From the IMG/VR virus record IMGVR_UViG_3300020463_000001, positions 96,001 to 160,000 of that record: a stretch of 64,000 nt of DNA; one strand, given 5' to 3'. The number at the start of each line of letters is the position of its first letter. Positions within the stretch are counted from its first letter, which is position 1. Position numbers and translations under genes: made by a program. Below are positions 56,827 to 64,000 of the stretch, piece by piece. Source of the DNA: a virus. Its lineage: Duplodnaviria; Caudoviricetes. The notes under the pieces are model-generated. The model worked only from the letters and a program-made list of their open reading frames with translations, was not told the DNA's origin and ran no database searches.

Positions 56827-59145
56827 ATGACCGAAGTTACCGTCTCCAAGAATTCCAAGAGTCTTCTTGCTCGTCTACTTGCGGAAGAAAACATTCGCGT
56901 CGAACACTCTTCAGAAGTTGTGACAGCGAGTTTCAATGTAGAGACTCGACTATTACTTCTTCCTATCTGGAAAGATGAATCATATACTCCTGATATATAT
57001 GACCTTTTTGTTGGCCATGAAGTTGCTCACGCATTATACACTCCAAGTGATCTAGAAGTTCTAGAAGAAGCCATGAAGCGATCCAACCATGCGTTTCTTA
57101 ACGTAGTGGAAGATGCGCGAATTGAGAAGTTAATGAAGCGAAAGTTTCAAGGTCTTCAGGCTCCTTTCAAGAATGCGTATCAAGATCTTTACGAGAGAGA
57201 CTTTTTCAGTCTTAAGGGTCAACCTATTCAATCTCGCAATTTCATTGACCGCATCAATCTCTTCTTTAAGTTGCGATATGCGCTGAACCTATACGCACCA
57301 TCCATCTTCAATTCAGAAGAAATGACTTTCATTCGCAGGATCGATGATGCAGAAACTTATGTGGAAGTTGCGGATATCTGTGAAGATCTTTACAAGTATC
57401 TGAAAGAGAAGCAAGAAGAACAACAGCAACAGGCACAAATGTCTCCCAGTTCTTCTAATTCTGAAGGAGAACCTCAAGAAGGCGAGACTTATGAAATGCC
57501 TTCTGATGATGAAGAAGAAGAATCTGAGGGGTCAACAGAGGCTTCTGGATCCGGAGAAGAAGAATCAGAAGAAGGGCCCAAGGAATCTTCTGGATCATCT
57601 TCTGAAGAACAACCAGAAGAGTCTGGAGAAGAGACCGAAGAACAATCTACCGCATCATCTTCTGAAGAAAAGAAAAATCCTCAAGATGGAAATCAGTCAA
57701 GCGTCTTTACCGATGAGTTCACTTCAGAGACTAGTGAGTCTCTAGAAGAAAATCTCAAGGAGATGGTTAATGAAAATACTCGCGAAAGTGTTTACATCAA
57801 TCTTCACAGTAACTATGAACTAGAGAAGTATGTCCATGACTATACAGAAGTTCAGGCAGACTTTGAACGCGAGGTATCTGCAGTAGAAGTACTTCATCGT
57901 CAACAATATAGTCACGGTGATGCACCAGAGTTAAATTTTCCTTCTCTGAAAGAATTGATCTCAGAAAACTCAAAGACCATTTCTTATCTTGTAAAAGAAT
58001 TCGAAATGAAGAAAGCTGCTCGCGCACAGGCATTGAGTTCAGAATCCAAGACTGGTGCGATCAACACTTCCAAGTTGTGGAGTTATCAAGTCAACGAAGA
58101 TATTTTCCTTCGTAAGACTAACACTCCAGACGGCAAGAATCATGGTATGGTTATGGTAGTAGACTGGAGTGGATCTATGGGATCTACTGTTCTTAACACT
58201 GTCAAACAGACCATCGTTCTCGCAACATTTTGTAAGAGAGTTGGAATTCCTTTTGAGGTCTACAACTTTACCAGTGTTAATAAGAAGGCTGTTCCGGAAC
58301 CAAGTATCTTGCCATTATCGGAAGGAGACATTCTTCTAAGGAGTATCGCATTGCGAAATACGTTATCCAGTAGAATGAGTGGCAAGGTCTTTAATCAGGC
58401 CTGTCAAAACTATCTGAACATTGCTGCGATAGTAGGGAATGCGATAGGGGCATACTACATTCCTTATCGATTGATGCATACTGCAGTCTCTGAGGATCAG
58501 TTTGGTGCCACTCCTACTAATCAGGCACTGGTTCTTCTAGACAGAGTGATTCCTAAGTTCCGCAAAGAAAATTCTTTAGAGAAGGTTAACTTAGTTCTAT
58601 TGACTGATGGAGAACCTACCGATCATCTTACTTATAAGAAAATAGATGATGACTATCCAACGGAACGAACAACTAGATATGCTTCGAACATTTATGTGCG
58701 AGATACATCTACTAATGAGACTTATCGCATGGTTGCTGAGAATGAGTATAGTGGAATTGACGGTTTCGACTCTTCTAAGTTTCTTATCAAGATCTTGCGA
58801 GAGAAGCATGGGATCAATTCTATTGGATTCTATCTCTTGAATTCTCATGGGAGAACTGAGATTAAACGAGTCATTCAAAGATTTGTTAACTACAATCTAC
58901 AACCATACATGGAAGAGTATCGCACTCTGCGAAAAGAATTCAACAAGAATAACTTCTTTGTTGCGACTAACTCAGGACACAATGAGTACTATATCATCAA
59001 TGCGAAGGTAGATCCTAAGACTGATGAGTTGGATGTAAATTCATCTATGTCAAAGGCTGCAATCGCAAAAAGCTTCATGAGTCACAATAGATCTAAGGTT
59101 GTAAACCGACAATTATTAAATAAATTTGTCGATTTAGTAAAATAG
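56827..59145 (+). CDS. Metallopeptidase-like/vWA protein (CobT-like partner of a MoxR ATPase); start corrected from 56809
   Basis: HEVAH (HExxH) plus NVVEDARIE; acidic S/E linker; MIDAS DWSGSM and LTDGEP. Confidence 0.85.
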   Translation: MTEVTVSKNSKSLLARLLAEENIRVEHSSEVVTASFNVETRLLLLPIWKDESYTPDIYDLFVGHEVAHALYTPSDLEVLEEAMKRSNHAFLNVVEDARIEKLMKRKFQGLQAPFKNAYQDLYERDFFSLKGQPIQSRNFIDRINLFFKLRYALNLYAPSIFNSEEMTFIRRIDDAETYVEVADICEDLYKYLKEKQEEQQQQAQMSPSSSNSEGEPQEGETYEMPSDDEEEESEGSTEASGSGEEESEEGPKESSGSSSEEQPEESGEETEEQSTASSSEEKKNPQDGNQSSVFTDEFTSETSESLEENLKEMVNENTRESVYINLHSNYELEKYVHDYTEVQADFEREVSAVEVLHRQQYSHGDAPELNFPSLKELISENSKTISYLVKEFEMKKAARAQALSSESKTGAINTSKLWSYQVNEDIFLRKTNTPDGKNHGMVMVVDWSGSMGSTVLNTVKQTIVLATFCKRVGIPFEVYNFTSVNKKAVPEPSILPLSEGDILLRSIALRNTLSSRMSGKVFNQACQNYLNIAAIVGNAIGAYYIPYRLMHTAVSEDQFGATPTNQALVLLDRVIPKFRKENSLEKVNLVLLTDGEPTDHLTYKKIDDDYPTERTTRYASNIYVRDTSTNETYRMVAENEYSGIDGFDSSKFLIKILREKHGINSIGFYLLNSHGRTEIKRVIQRFVNYNLQPYMEEYRTLRKEFNKNNFFVATNSGHNEYYIINAKVDPKTDELDVNSSMSKAAIAKSFMSHNRSKVVNRQLLNKFVDLVK

Positions 59146-59148
59146 CCC

Positions 59149-59177
59149 TTGACAAAGAGCTAAGAATAGATTAGCAT
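59149..59177 (+). promoter_or_regulatory. Sigma70 early promoter
   Basis: TTGACA-N17-TAGCAT. Confidence 0.75.
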
Positions 59178-59210
59178 ATAAACTGGAATTTTTAACTGAG
59201 AGAGAAAATT

Positions 59211-60380
59211 ATGCCTCGCACTGCAAACCTAGAAACCCGAAAGACTCTTCTTACCGCCCTTCAAGAAGAAGCGGTTGATGGAATTGTCACTACAGGTCAA
59301 ATCAAGGCTGCTGCTAAGAAGATTGGATCTTCTAGTACTAAATGGTTGCGTTCAATGGAACTGAAAGTTTCTTACGGAAAGTATCAACTTCCGGAAAGTG
59401 TTGCCGGAACTCCGCCAACTAAAACTCAAACAGTATCTAAGGTTGTCGAAGAGACTTCTATCGATATTTCATTGGAACAAAATCTGGTTCCGGCAAAAGA
59501 TCCCAACTTCGTCAAGTTTGGATTCTACAATGATCTCAAGACCATCGTAGGTTCTAAGATGTTCTATCCGGTATTCATCACTGGTCTTTCTGGAAATGGT
59601 AAGACTCATGGTGCTCAACAAGTTTGTGCGGCTCTCAAGCGAGAGTGTATCACCATCCCGATAACTGTTGAGACAGATGAGTCGGATCTTTTAGGAGATA
59701 AGACTCTAGTGGATGGAAACATCCGATTTGTTCCTGGCCCTGTAGTTCGGGCGATGGAAACTGGTGCGGTTTTGATCTTGGATGAGATTGACCTTGCATC
59801 AAATAAGATTATGTGTCTTCAGTCTATCATTGACGGCAAGGGAGTTTTTCTTAAGAAGGACAACCGATTCGTAATTCCTAAGAAGGGATTCACTGTCATT
59901 GCGACTGCGAACACTAAAGGTAAAGGATCCGACGATGGTCGATTCATTGGAACCAATGTCCTAAACGAAGCTTTCCTAGAGCGATTCAAGGTTACTTTCG
60001 AACAAGAGTATCCTACTCAGGTTACTGAGAAGAAGATTCTAAACAACTACCTTGAATCCTTCGGCGTGAAGGATGCAGAGTTCGCGGAAGATTTGACCGT
60101 ATGGGCTTCTGCAATTCGTAAGACCTTCATGGAAGGCGGTTGTGATGAGTTGATCTCTACTCGCCGCCTGGTTCACATTGTCGAGACTTTCTCAATCTTC
60201 AAGAACAAAATGAAGTCTATTGAATTGTGCGTCAGTCGTTTTGATGAAGATACTAAGGCATCATTCATCGATCTCTTTGAGAAGATCAGTGACCCGAATG
60301 AAGAGTTTCAAGACTCTTCATGCGAGGGTCAGATTCCAGAAGGATCCGACTATGCCTCTGATAATGACACTGCGTTTTAA
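59211..60380 (+). CDS. MoxR-family AAA+ ATPase (CobS-like)
   Basis: Walker A GLSGNGKT, Walker B LILDEID, ATANTKG, LNEAFLERF, ISTRRL. Confidence 0.92.
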   Translation: MPRTANLETRKTLLTALQEEAVDGIVTTGQIKAAAKKIGSSSTKWLRSMELKVSYGKYQLPESVAGTPPTKTQTVSKVVEETSIDISLEQNLVPAKDPNFVKFGFYNDLKTIVGSKMFYPVFITGLSGNGKTHGAQQVCAALKRECITIPITVETDESDLLGDKTLVDGNIRFVPGPVVRAMETGAVLILDEIDLASNKIMCLQSIIDGKGVFLKKDNRFVIPKKGFTVIATANTKGKGSDDGRFIGTNVLNEAFLERFKVTFEQEYPTQVTEKKILNNYLESFGVKDAEFAEDLTVWASAIRKTFMEGGCDELISTRRLVHIVETFSIFKNKMKSIELCVSRFDEDTKASFIDLFEKISDPNEEFQDSSCEGQIPEGSDYASDNDTAF

Positions 60381-60389
60381 GGATCGAGA

Positions 60390-60734
60390 ATGTCGGCAGA
60401 ATTAAATAAACTAATCCAACAACAGTTGGGAGAAATTAGCAACTATCCGATTGAATACAAGTTCAATGAAGATGAGTTGCTAAAAGAACTTAAAATATAC
60501 ATTGACAAAACCTACTCAATGCATTATTCTAAGAACCAGTTTCAATCGACAGAGTTTATCATTGACTCTGGCCATGGAACTGGATTTTTAATTGGGAATA
60601 TTATGAAGTATGCCCAGAGATATGGAAGGAAGGGATCACCAGAAGAGTGGCGAAGAGATCTGATGAAGATCATACACTACTCTCTTTTGGCCCTTTATAA
60701 TCATGACAATGACGGAGATTTAAATGATGATTAG
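60390..60734 (+). CDS. Conserved phage protein (DUF3310/SaV-like)
   Basis: HYS...Q..E; GF.IGNIMKY..RYG.K...DLMK..HY pattern. Confidence 0.65.
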   Translation: MSAELNKLIQQQLGEISNYPIEYKFNEDELLKELKIYIDKTYSMHYSKNQFQSTEFIIDSGHGTGFLIGNIMKYAQRYGRKGSPEEWRRDLMKIIHYSLLALYNHDNDGDLNDD

Positions 60735-61419
60735 TGAAGATACTCAAACTATACTAAGGAACTTTTCGGGTATTAACCCTTCAATTTTATTGACTGGTAA
60801 TAATCGAATTGCCACAATGTCAGTAATGCGAAACATTCTCGCAACTGCTGATATCGAAGAAGAGTTTCCAGAAGAATTTGGCATCTATGATTTGCCTCGG
60901 TTCTTGGGAAACCTTGCGGTATATCCTGAGTTGAACTTTGGTGACACTTCTGTAATTATGGCAGATGGGTCTAAGACCTACAAGTTCATGGCTGCGGAAC
61001 CAAGTGCGATTATCCATCCTACAACTATGTTTGCGATGGAAGGATCTAGGAACAACCCTGAGAACGTGAAGGCGACTCCTGAGTATGATATCAATGTCAC
61101 TCTGCCCAGTTCTACTCTTGCGACAATCCAAAAAGTCGCTGCGATAAATTCTTTACCAGACTATGGATTGATCACCGAAGGTGGAGAGATATTCTTTACT
61201 GCGTTAGATAAGAAGTCTGATACAACTGATATCGCAAAAGAGCCAGTTGGGAGTAGCAATGTCAATTTCAAGATGTACTTCAAGTCTGAGAATCTTAAGT
61301 TGATTGAAGGCGATTATAATGTGAGTGTGTCTCGCAATGCGATATCTACTTTCAGACATCAGACTAGGCCCATTCAATACTGGATCACTCTGGAATCAGA
61401 TTCTCAGTATGATATTTAA
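60724..61419 (+). CDS. gp45: Sliding clamp
   Basis: ILRNFSGINPSI; EFGIYDLPRFL; ENLKLIEGDY.V.VS; YWITLE. Confidence 0.93.
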   Translation: MMISEDTQTILRNFSGINPSILLTGNNRIATMSVMRNILATADIEEEFPEEFGIYDLPRFLGNLAVYPELNFGDTSVIMADGSKTYKFMAAEPSAIIHPTTMFAMEGSRNNPENVKATPEYDINVTLPSSTLATIQKVAAINSLPDYGLITEGGEIFFTALDKKSDTTDIAKEPVGSSNVNFKMYFKSENLKLIEGDYNVSVSRNAISTFRHQTRPIQYWITLESDSQYDI

Positions 61420-61430
61420 GGCGAAGTCTA

Positions 61431-62369
61431 TTGAAAGATTTATTATTATGGGTGGAGAAATATCGTCCACAAACAATTGATGACTGCATTCTCCCCGAAG
61501 AGTTGAAAGATACTTTTCGGGAGTTTGTGGCCAACAAAGAAATTCCAAACCTACTTCTTAGTGGTGCGCCAGGCGTCGGTAAAACGACTGTAGCGAAGAT
61601 ATTATGCAAAGAGGTAGGTTTGGATCACCTTATGATAAACGGGTCTGAGGATGGAAATATAGACACTCTTAGAACCAAAATAAGGCACTATGCGTCTACC
61701 GTGTCATTCTCTGGTGAAGGTAAGTGTGTGATTCTGGATGAGGCAGATTATCTCAATCCACAATCCACACAACCAGCCCTGCGTGGGTTCATCGAAGAGT
61801 TTGCGGGCAACTGTAGATTCATTCTTACTTGTAACTTCCGCAACCGAATTATCGATCCATTACATAGTCGATGTTCGGTAGTGGAGTTCAAGATTCCTAA
61901 ATCAGAGAAACCAAAACTCTCAGCTGGATTCTATGAAAGAATCAAAAACATTCTTGCAGAAGAAGGCATTGAATACAAACAGAAATCTCTGTTGGAACTT
62001 ATCAACAAGTACTATCCTGATTGGCGTAGAGTTCTGAATGAACTTCAACGATACTCTGTCGGCGGAGAGATAGATGAAGGGATTCTAGTTAATGTCAGTG
62101 AGTCTAGTCTTAAGAGATTAAGTAATACTCTCAAGGATAGAAAGTTCACCGATATGCGAAAGTGGGTTGTCGATAATCTTGACAACGATCCTTCAACAAT
62201 CTTCCGGACAGTCTATGACGGATTGTATTCTTATATGGAACCACAATCTATTCCACAGGCTGTGGTTACGATTGCTGATTATCAACACAAGTCCGCCTTT
62301 GTTGCGGATCAAGAAATCAACATGGTTGCGTGTTTGACTGAATTAATGGTCGAGTGCGATTGGAAATAA
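61431..62369 (+). CDS. gp44: Clamp loader large subunit
   Basis: LWVEKYRP; GAPGVGKT; ILDEAD; LRGFIEEF; SRC motif. Confidence 0.97.
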   Translation: MKDLLLWVEKYRPQTIDDCILPEELKDTFREFVANKEIPNLLLSGAPGVGKTTVAKILCKEVGLDHLMINGSEDGNIDTLRTKIRHYASTVSFSGEGKCVILDEADYLNPQSTQPALRGFIEEFAGNCRFILTCNFRNRIIDPLHSRCSVVEFKIPKSEKPKLSAGFYERIKNILAEEGIEYKQKSLLELINKYYPDWRRVLNELQRYSVGGEIDEGILVNVSESSLKRLSNTLKDRKFTDMRKWVVDNLDNDPSTIFRTVYDGLYSYMEPQSIPQAVVTIADYQHKSAFVADQEINMVACLTELMVECDWK

Positions 62370-62370
62370 T

Positions 62371-62754
62371 ATGTATGATCTATTTAAAGATTATGTCCCA
62401 GCTTTGTCTCATACAAAAGAGAACCTTTTAGACAACGAGGATGAACTATGGGAGAAATCTTACCAACCATACTTGATAAATAAAACATTCTCATACTATA
62501 TGGACACTATCATGTATGCGAATGAGATGAATCAATATTCTATGATAGATAATAAACTTCAATTCGACTATTTACTAAATAGTGTAAGACCAAGGAAAAG
62601 ATTTTCTCCTTGGGCTAAAAAAGAAATCAACTCTGATATTGATTTGATTAAAGAATATTATGGGTACAGTAATAGAAAAGCTGAAGAAGCGATGTCCATT
62701 TTATCTAGTTCGCAGTTAGAATATATCAGAACTAAACTATACAAAGGCGGATAA
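62371..62754 (+). CDS. gp62: Clamp loader small subunit
   Basis: YQPYLINK.FSY..DT; ANEMN; LQFDYLLNS.R..KRFS.W.K; EYYGYSN.KA. Confidence 0.95.
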   Translation: MYDLFKDYVPALSHTKENLLDNEDELWEKSYQPYLINKTFSYYMDTIMYANEMNQYSMIDNKLQFDYLLNSVRPRKRFSPWAKKEINSDIDLIKEYYGYSNRKAEEAMSILSSSQLEYIRTKLYKGG

Positions 62755-62755
62755 T

Positions 62756-63166
62756 GTGGATTTTCTGAACATAGAAGACTTAGTAGAGGTGACTCTAAAA
62801 GATCCGGAAGATTTTCTCAAAATACGAGAAACTCTGACACGGATTGGTGTGTCTTCAAAAAAGGAAAAGAAGCTTTATCAATCCTGCCACATTCTGCATA
62901 AACGTGGAAAATACTATATCGTCCACTTCAAAGAATTATTCAAATTAGATGGAAAACCATCAGACTTTTCTGACAATGACAGAGCAAGAAGAAACGCTAT
63001 TGTCAATTTATTAGAAGAGTGGAAGTTAGTTGATGTTCCAGTGAAAGATGTTATGGATCCTGCCCCATTGTCTCAAATAAAAATCATTTCGCATAGAGAT
63101 AAATCTGAATGGGAACTGGTGCCCAAGTATAATATCGGCAGAAAGACTAAACCAGTTGACAAGTAA
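62756..63166 (+). CDS. regA: Translational repressor
   Basis: FLKIRETLTRIGV; LYQSCHILHKRG.YYIVHFKELF.LDG; LLEEW.L; PKYNIG. Confidence 0.97.
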   Translation: MDFLNIEDLVEVTLKDPEDFLKIRETLTRIGVSSKKEKKLYQSCHILHKRGKYYIVHFKELFKLDGKPSDFSDNDRARRNAIVNLLEEWKLVDVPVKDVMDPAPLSQIKIISHRDKSEWELVPKYNIGRKTKPVDK

Positions 63167-63194
63167 GAAATAAACCTGTATAGTGTTATAAATA
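63156..63194 (+). promoter_or_regulatory. Tandem sigma70 and late promoters of hsp20
   Basis: TTGACA(63156)-N17-TATAGT(63179) immediately followed by TATAAATA (63187-63194). Confidence 0.85.
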
Positions 63195-63198
63195 TAAA

Positions 63199-63284
63199 TG
63201 AGGATTGCGTAAAGAGTCCTCACTTAGTCTTGCGACAATGGTCGGAGACAATATATAACTCGCTTATACAAGGAGATAACAATG
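63199..63284 (+). promoter_or_regulatory. ROSE-like RNA thermometer in the hsp20 5'UTR
   Basis: Three hairpins; the last pairs CUC(G)CUU with the SD AAGGAG, with a bulged G in UCGCU. Confidence 0.7.
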
Positions 63285-63728
63285 GTTACAATGAGAACCT
63301 TAGCTGAGTTCGATCCATTTTTGAAGAGAACTATCGGATTTGATAGTTTGTTTAGAACATTAGATTCTATGACCGAAGGAACTCAGGACAACTATCCGCC
63401 CTATAACATCGTCAAGAACGATAAATTATATCGAATAGAAATTTCGGTATCAGGCTTTTCGGAAGAAGATCTTTCTGTAGTACATGAAAATTATGTACTT
63501 ACTGTATCTGGTTCAAAGACAACACAAGAACCCGAGCAAGAGTATCTTCATAAAGGAATTGCATCTAGAGACTTCGTTAAGAAGTTTACTCTATCTAAAG
63601 ATCTAGTTGTTGTGGATGCCACAATTAACGACGGCCTTTTGGTAGTCACTCTAGAATTGGTTGTTCCAGAAGAGAAAAAACCAAGAGTTATTGACATAAC
63701 AAGTTCCCCTAAATTACTGGTGGACTAA
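63282..63728 (+). CDS. hsp20: Small heat-shock protein (IbpA/Hsp20)
   Basis: IGFDSLF; NYPPYNI; YLHKGIA.R.F...F.L; DGLL.V.L...VPE. Confidence 0.96.
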   Translation: MVTMRTLAEFDPFLKRTIGFDSLFRTLDSMTEGTQDNYPPYNIVKNDKLYRIEISVSGFSEEDLSVVHENYVLTVSGSKTTQEPEQEYLHKGIASRDFVKKFTLSKDLVVVDATINDGLLVVTLELVVPEEKKPRVIDITSSPKLLVD

Positions 63729-63739
63729 ATAATTGTAGT

Positions 63740-63758
63740 GGGGGTACTCTGTACCCCC
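63740..63758 (+). other. GC-rich hairpin without a U tract, just after variant late promoter ACTAAATA (63724-63731)
   Basis: GGGGGTAC-tct-GTACCCCC. Confidence 0.6.
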
Positions 63759-63781
63759 TCTATAATTTACCGGAGACTACA

Positions 63782-63964
63782 ATGGAAACGCATGAACAAC
63801 TTATCGTTTTATTAGAACAATACAAATTTGAGAATGAGAAGTTTGCGAGAGGAAATAAATCTGCTGGCGTTAGAGCTCGTAAGGCACTCATGGAAATAAT
63901 CAAGGCTTCAAAGGTTCGTAGATCAGAGATTCAAGAAGAAAAGGAATGGATAGTCAAGAAGTAA
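63782..63964 (+). CDS. Histone H1-like Hc1-family small protein
   Basis: GNKSAGVRARKALMEI.K..K..R.EIQE pattern; GGAG RBS. Confidence 0.75.
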   Translation: METHEQLIVLLEQYKFENEKFARGNKSAGVRARKALMEIIKASKVRRSEIQEEKEWIVKK

Positions 63965-64000
63965 AGTATGATGTTCATCTAAGAAAAGATGAAGAAACTG
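63946..64000 (+). CDS. Possible ORF start (MDSQEVKYDVHLRKDEET...), runs off the window
   Basis: ATG preceded by AAGAAAAGGA; frame open to the window end. Confidence 0.35.
   Translation, partial: MDSQEVKYDVHLRKDEET

Noticed and set aside
59159-59175. GCTAA-N7-TTAGC inverted repeat in the AAA promoter as an operator
   Set aside because: Only 5 bp arms and not repeated at the other early promoters; likely chance
59211-60380. Cobalamin biosynthesis auxiliary gene (cobS/cobT)
   Set aside because: Only the generic MoxR AAA and vWA motifs are visible; no CobN or other cob genes
30378-62369. Introns or inteins in core genes (gp17, gp20, gp23, uvsW, gp46, gp44)
   Set aside because: ORFs are continuous, of ordinary length, and lack intein or homing endonuclease motifs
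74-63223. About 60 short minus-strand or out-of-frame ORFs in the six-frame track (e.g. 4989-5306, 37246-37596, 47527-47844)
   Set aside because: They overlap well-supported + strand genes, lack RBSs or recognisable motifs, and read as shadow frames
1-64000. tRNA or rRNA genes
   Set aside because: No cloverleaf or rRNA signatures seen in the few intergenic gaps

Overview
A 64-kb segment of an AT-rich (roughly 38% GC by eye) T4-like myovirus genome with the gene order of marine T4-like phages. Every credible gene is on the + strand. Order: baseplate/virion accessory genes (PAAR, PKD-domain and other large structural proteins, a repeat-rich fibre); six paralogous fibre/adhesin-like genes; neck, packaging, tail and head core (gp13-gp23); a second three-gene cassette of the same paralog family inserted between gp23 and gp3; uvsY, uvsW, gp55, gp47, gp46; an RHH / C5-MTase-like / nuclease-like / CmoA cassette; a vWA-peptidase plus MoxR AAA pair; gp45, gp44, gp62, regA, hsp20 and an Hc1-like gene. 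T4 late promoters (TATAAATA) precede the structural units and consensus sigma70 promoters precede gp55, the vWA gene, the AAA gene and hsp20. Most notable: (1) a probable DNA cytosine carboxymethylation module (motif X Asn->Arg plus CmoA) with a translationally coupled nuclease-like ORF, alongside strong GGWCC avoidance; (2) a nine-member modular fibre family with conserved N-terminal anchors, swapped heads and a shared intergenic junction; (3) a ROSE-like RNA thermometer before hsp20; (4) a candidate ~90-nt late small RNA after gp23; (5) a perfect antisense sigma70 promoter back-to-back with the gp55 promoter; (6) hairpins overlapping late promoters that mask start sites. All calls come from reading motifs by eye; no searches or computations were run.
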